Shown here one piece after another: positions 59,954-64,000 of a DNA stretch of 64,000 nucleotides. How positions within the stretch are numbered: the stretch's first letter is position 1; each line of letters starts with the position of its first letter. The stretch spans positions 194,723 to 258,722 of the forward strand of contig DAIUCD010000001.1 of the NCBI GenBank assembly GCA_036846345.1, read 5' to 3'. This DNA comes from Spirochaetota bacterium (GTDB lineage Bacteria; Spirochaetota; UBA4802; JAGODF01). The notes beneath the pieces were generated by a model. It was not told the origin of the DNA, did not search any database, and saw only the letters and a list, made by a program, of their open reading frames with translations. A program made the position numbers and the translations under genes.

Positions 59954-60282
59954 GGTTTCGTTATAAAGAGAAGAGGCAAAAAAAAGTAGTAAAACTAAAT
60001 TCAATTCTTCCTGCAATTATTGATGAGTTCCAGATGAAGGACTCTTTTATATTAGAGAGGATACGCGTTTCCTGGGAAAATATAACGAGCAGTATACTCT
60101 CAACACATAGTATCCCAGATAGAATCTATCGTAATACGCTTTATGTATCAGTGGACCATCCTACCTTTTCCAATGAGATAATCATGATGAAAGGATTGAT
60201 TCTGGATAACATTACGAAGATCTGCAGTGCAAGATTTAGAGATATAAGGATTGAGGTAAAGAAATTGGACTGGAACAAATAA
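59950..60282 (+). CDS. DUF721-family protein (DciA-like), in the conserved recF-gyrB position
   Basis: About 110 aa and basic. Resembles DUF721: W...I...L..H..P......L.V.V......E. 4-nt overlap with recF. Confidence 0.5.
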   Translation: MRFRYKEKRQKKVVKLNSILPAIIDEFQMKDSFILERIRVSWENITSSILSTHSIPDRIYRNTLYVSVDHPTFSNEIIMMKGLILDNITKICSARFRDIRIEVKKLDWNK

Positions 60283-60294
60283 ATATCATTCAGG

Positions 60295-62440
<2,146 letters not shown>

Positions 62441-62469
62441 GGAAGGGAGATAATAGTAGGAGATTTGAA

Positions 62470-64000
62470 GTGAAGAAGAAGGATAACACTGATATCAGGG
62501 AAAAGATACTCAACGTCGAGATTGAGGATCAGATGAAAAGCTCGTATCTCGATTATGCCATGAGCGTCATTGTAGGTAGAGCCCTTCCAGATGTTCGGGA
62601 CGGGCTTAAACCGGTTCACAGACGAATATTGCATGCCATGAACGAGCGGGCCTGGCGAAATGACAGACCTTATGTGAAGTCCGCGAAAATTGTAGGGGAG
62701 GTCATCGGTAATTTCCATCCCCATGGAGATGCGGCTGTGTACGATACAATGGTTCGAATGGTTCAGGAATTCTCCATGAGGCTTCCGTTGATTGACGGAC
62801 AGGGAAACTTCGGATCTGTGGACGGTGATCCGGCAGCTGCCTACAGATATACAGAAGCACGCCTAGCAAAGATATCTGAAGAACTATTAAGAGATATTGA
62901 TAAGGAAACGGTGGATTTTACACCGAATTTCGACGATTCAAGGAAGGAGCCTGTCGTTCTTCCTTCAGCGTTCCCCAATCTTCTTGTAAACGGATCTGCA
63001 GGCATTGCCGTGGGAATGGCTACAAACATTCCTCCGCATAACCTTGGGGAGGTGATAGACGGTACAATCGCCCTCATTGATAATCCGGACATCCCCGTTA
63101 AGCAGTTGATGAAATTGATCAAGGGACCGGATTTTCCTACGGGAGCGGTCATCATGGGATCCGAGGGTATAATAAAAGCTTATCATACCGGAAAGGGAAG
63201 TGTTGTAGTTCGTGGAAAGATTGATATCGAGGAGAGCAGCAAAGGGCGGGAGTCCATTATCGTTACAGAGATCCCCTATCAGGTCAACAAGGCCAACCTG
63301 ATTGCAAGAATCGCCGATCTTGTCAACAACAAGGTTATCGAGGGTATCGGTGAACTCCGGGATGAATCAGACCGCAGCGGGATGAGAGTCGTAATCGGTT
63401 TAAAGAAGGATGCCAACAGCAGCGTTATCATCAACCAACTTTATAAACATACTCCCATTCAGAGCTCATTCGGAATCATACTCCTGGCCCTGGTCAATGG
63501 AGAACCGAAAATTCTCGATTTGAAAGGGATACTCTCGCATTACATACTGCACCGTAAAAATGTCGTTACCCGACGCACTCAGTATGAGCTTCGCAAGGCT
63601 GAAGAACGGGCTCATATCCTGGAAGGTCTTAAGATCGCTCTGGAGAACATCGATGAGGTTATCGCCATCATTAAATCCTCAAAAACCGTGGATGATGCCC
63701 ATCAGAGGCTCATGAAAAGGTTTAAGCTGACGGACATACAGTCCAAGGCCATATTGGAGATGCGGCTGCAGCGGTTGACCAGCCTGGAAGTCAAGAAGGT
63801 GATGGATGAGCTGAAGGAACTGCTCAAGCTCATCGGGGAACTGAAAGCGATATTGAAGAGCGATAAACGCATACTGGGAATTATTAAGGATGAGTTGACG
63901 GAGATAAAGAACAAATATTCCGAGCCGCGCAAAACGGAGATACAGATCGGCGGAGAAACATCAACAAGCTTCGACATGGAGGATTTAATCGCCGATGAGG
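62470..64000 (+). CDS. gyrA: DNA gyrase subunit A (N-terminal about 510 aa; the gene continues beyond the window)
   Basis: GTG start with a GGAGA ribosome-binding site. SYLDYAMSVIVGRALPDVRDGLKPVHRRILHAM. The active-site region AAMRYTE appears here as AAYRYTE. Confidence 0.92.
   Translation, partial: MKKKDNTDIREKILNVEIEDQMKSSYLDYAMSVIVGRALPDVRDGLKPVHRRILHAMNERAWRNDRPYVKSAKIVGEVIGNFHPHGDAAVYDTMVRMVQEFSMRLPLIDGQGNFGSVDGDPAAAYRYTEARLAKISEELLRDIDKETVDFTPNFDDSRKEPVVLPSAFPNLLVNGSAGIAVGMATNIPPHNLGEVIDGTIALIDNPDIPVKQLMKLIKGPDFPTGAVIMGSEGIIKAYHTGKGSVVVRGKIDIEESSKGRESIIVTEIPYQVNKANLIARIADLVNNKVIEGIGELRDESDRSGMRVVIGLKKDANSSVIINQLYKHTPIQSSFGIILLALVNGEPKILDLKGILSHYILHRKNVVTRRTQYELRKAEERAHILEGLKIALENIDEVIAIIKSSKTVDDAHQRLMKRFKLTDIQSKAILEMRLQRLTSLEVKKVMDELKELLKLIGELKAILKSDKRILGIIKDELTEIKNKYSEPRKTEIQIGGETSTSFDMEDLIADE

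Overview
Mostly core chromosomal DNA from a low-GC (about 40%) anaerobe-like bacterium; the right-hand end carries the chromosomal replication origin. The origin gene order is NfeD/stomatin(-) | dnaA - dnaN - recF - DUF721(DciA-like) - DUF370(RemA-like) - gyrB - gyrA(partial). DnaA-box-like sequences and AT-rich tracts flank dnaA on both sides. The rest is housekeeping genes: ctpA, tsaD, xth, htrA, msrB, mtnP, iorAB, pyrF, mnmG, rsmG, radC, ruvB, purM. Signalling genes are unusually dense: one GGDEF protein, one hybrid PAS histidine kinase, and three response-regulator-PP2C (RsbU-like) phosphatases. There are several secreted lipoproteins of unknown function and two large FAD/Fe-S oxidoreductases (a GlcD-like one and a 1239-aa YdiJ-like fusion). 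I found no rRNA, tRNA, CRISPR array, transposase, integrase or recognisable phage or defence gene. The most unusual loci, all inferred from sequence motifs only, are:
- a tight operon MetV-like (MTHFR C-terminal domain) - truncated MTHFR-like - IorA - IorB;
- a strongly promoted and terminated 84-aa secreted Cys/Lys-repeat protein;
- ptsN(EIIA-Ntr)-ruvB translational coupling with no ruvA;
- the 1239-aa YdiJ-like fusion protein in an apparent operon with nrnA;
- the GlcD-like FAD oxidase coupled by an overlapping stop/start to the hybrid kinase.
I cannot name one clearly new multi-gene system with confidence. These are the places to look.
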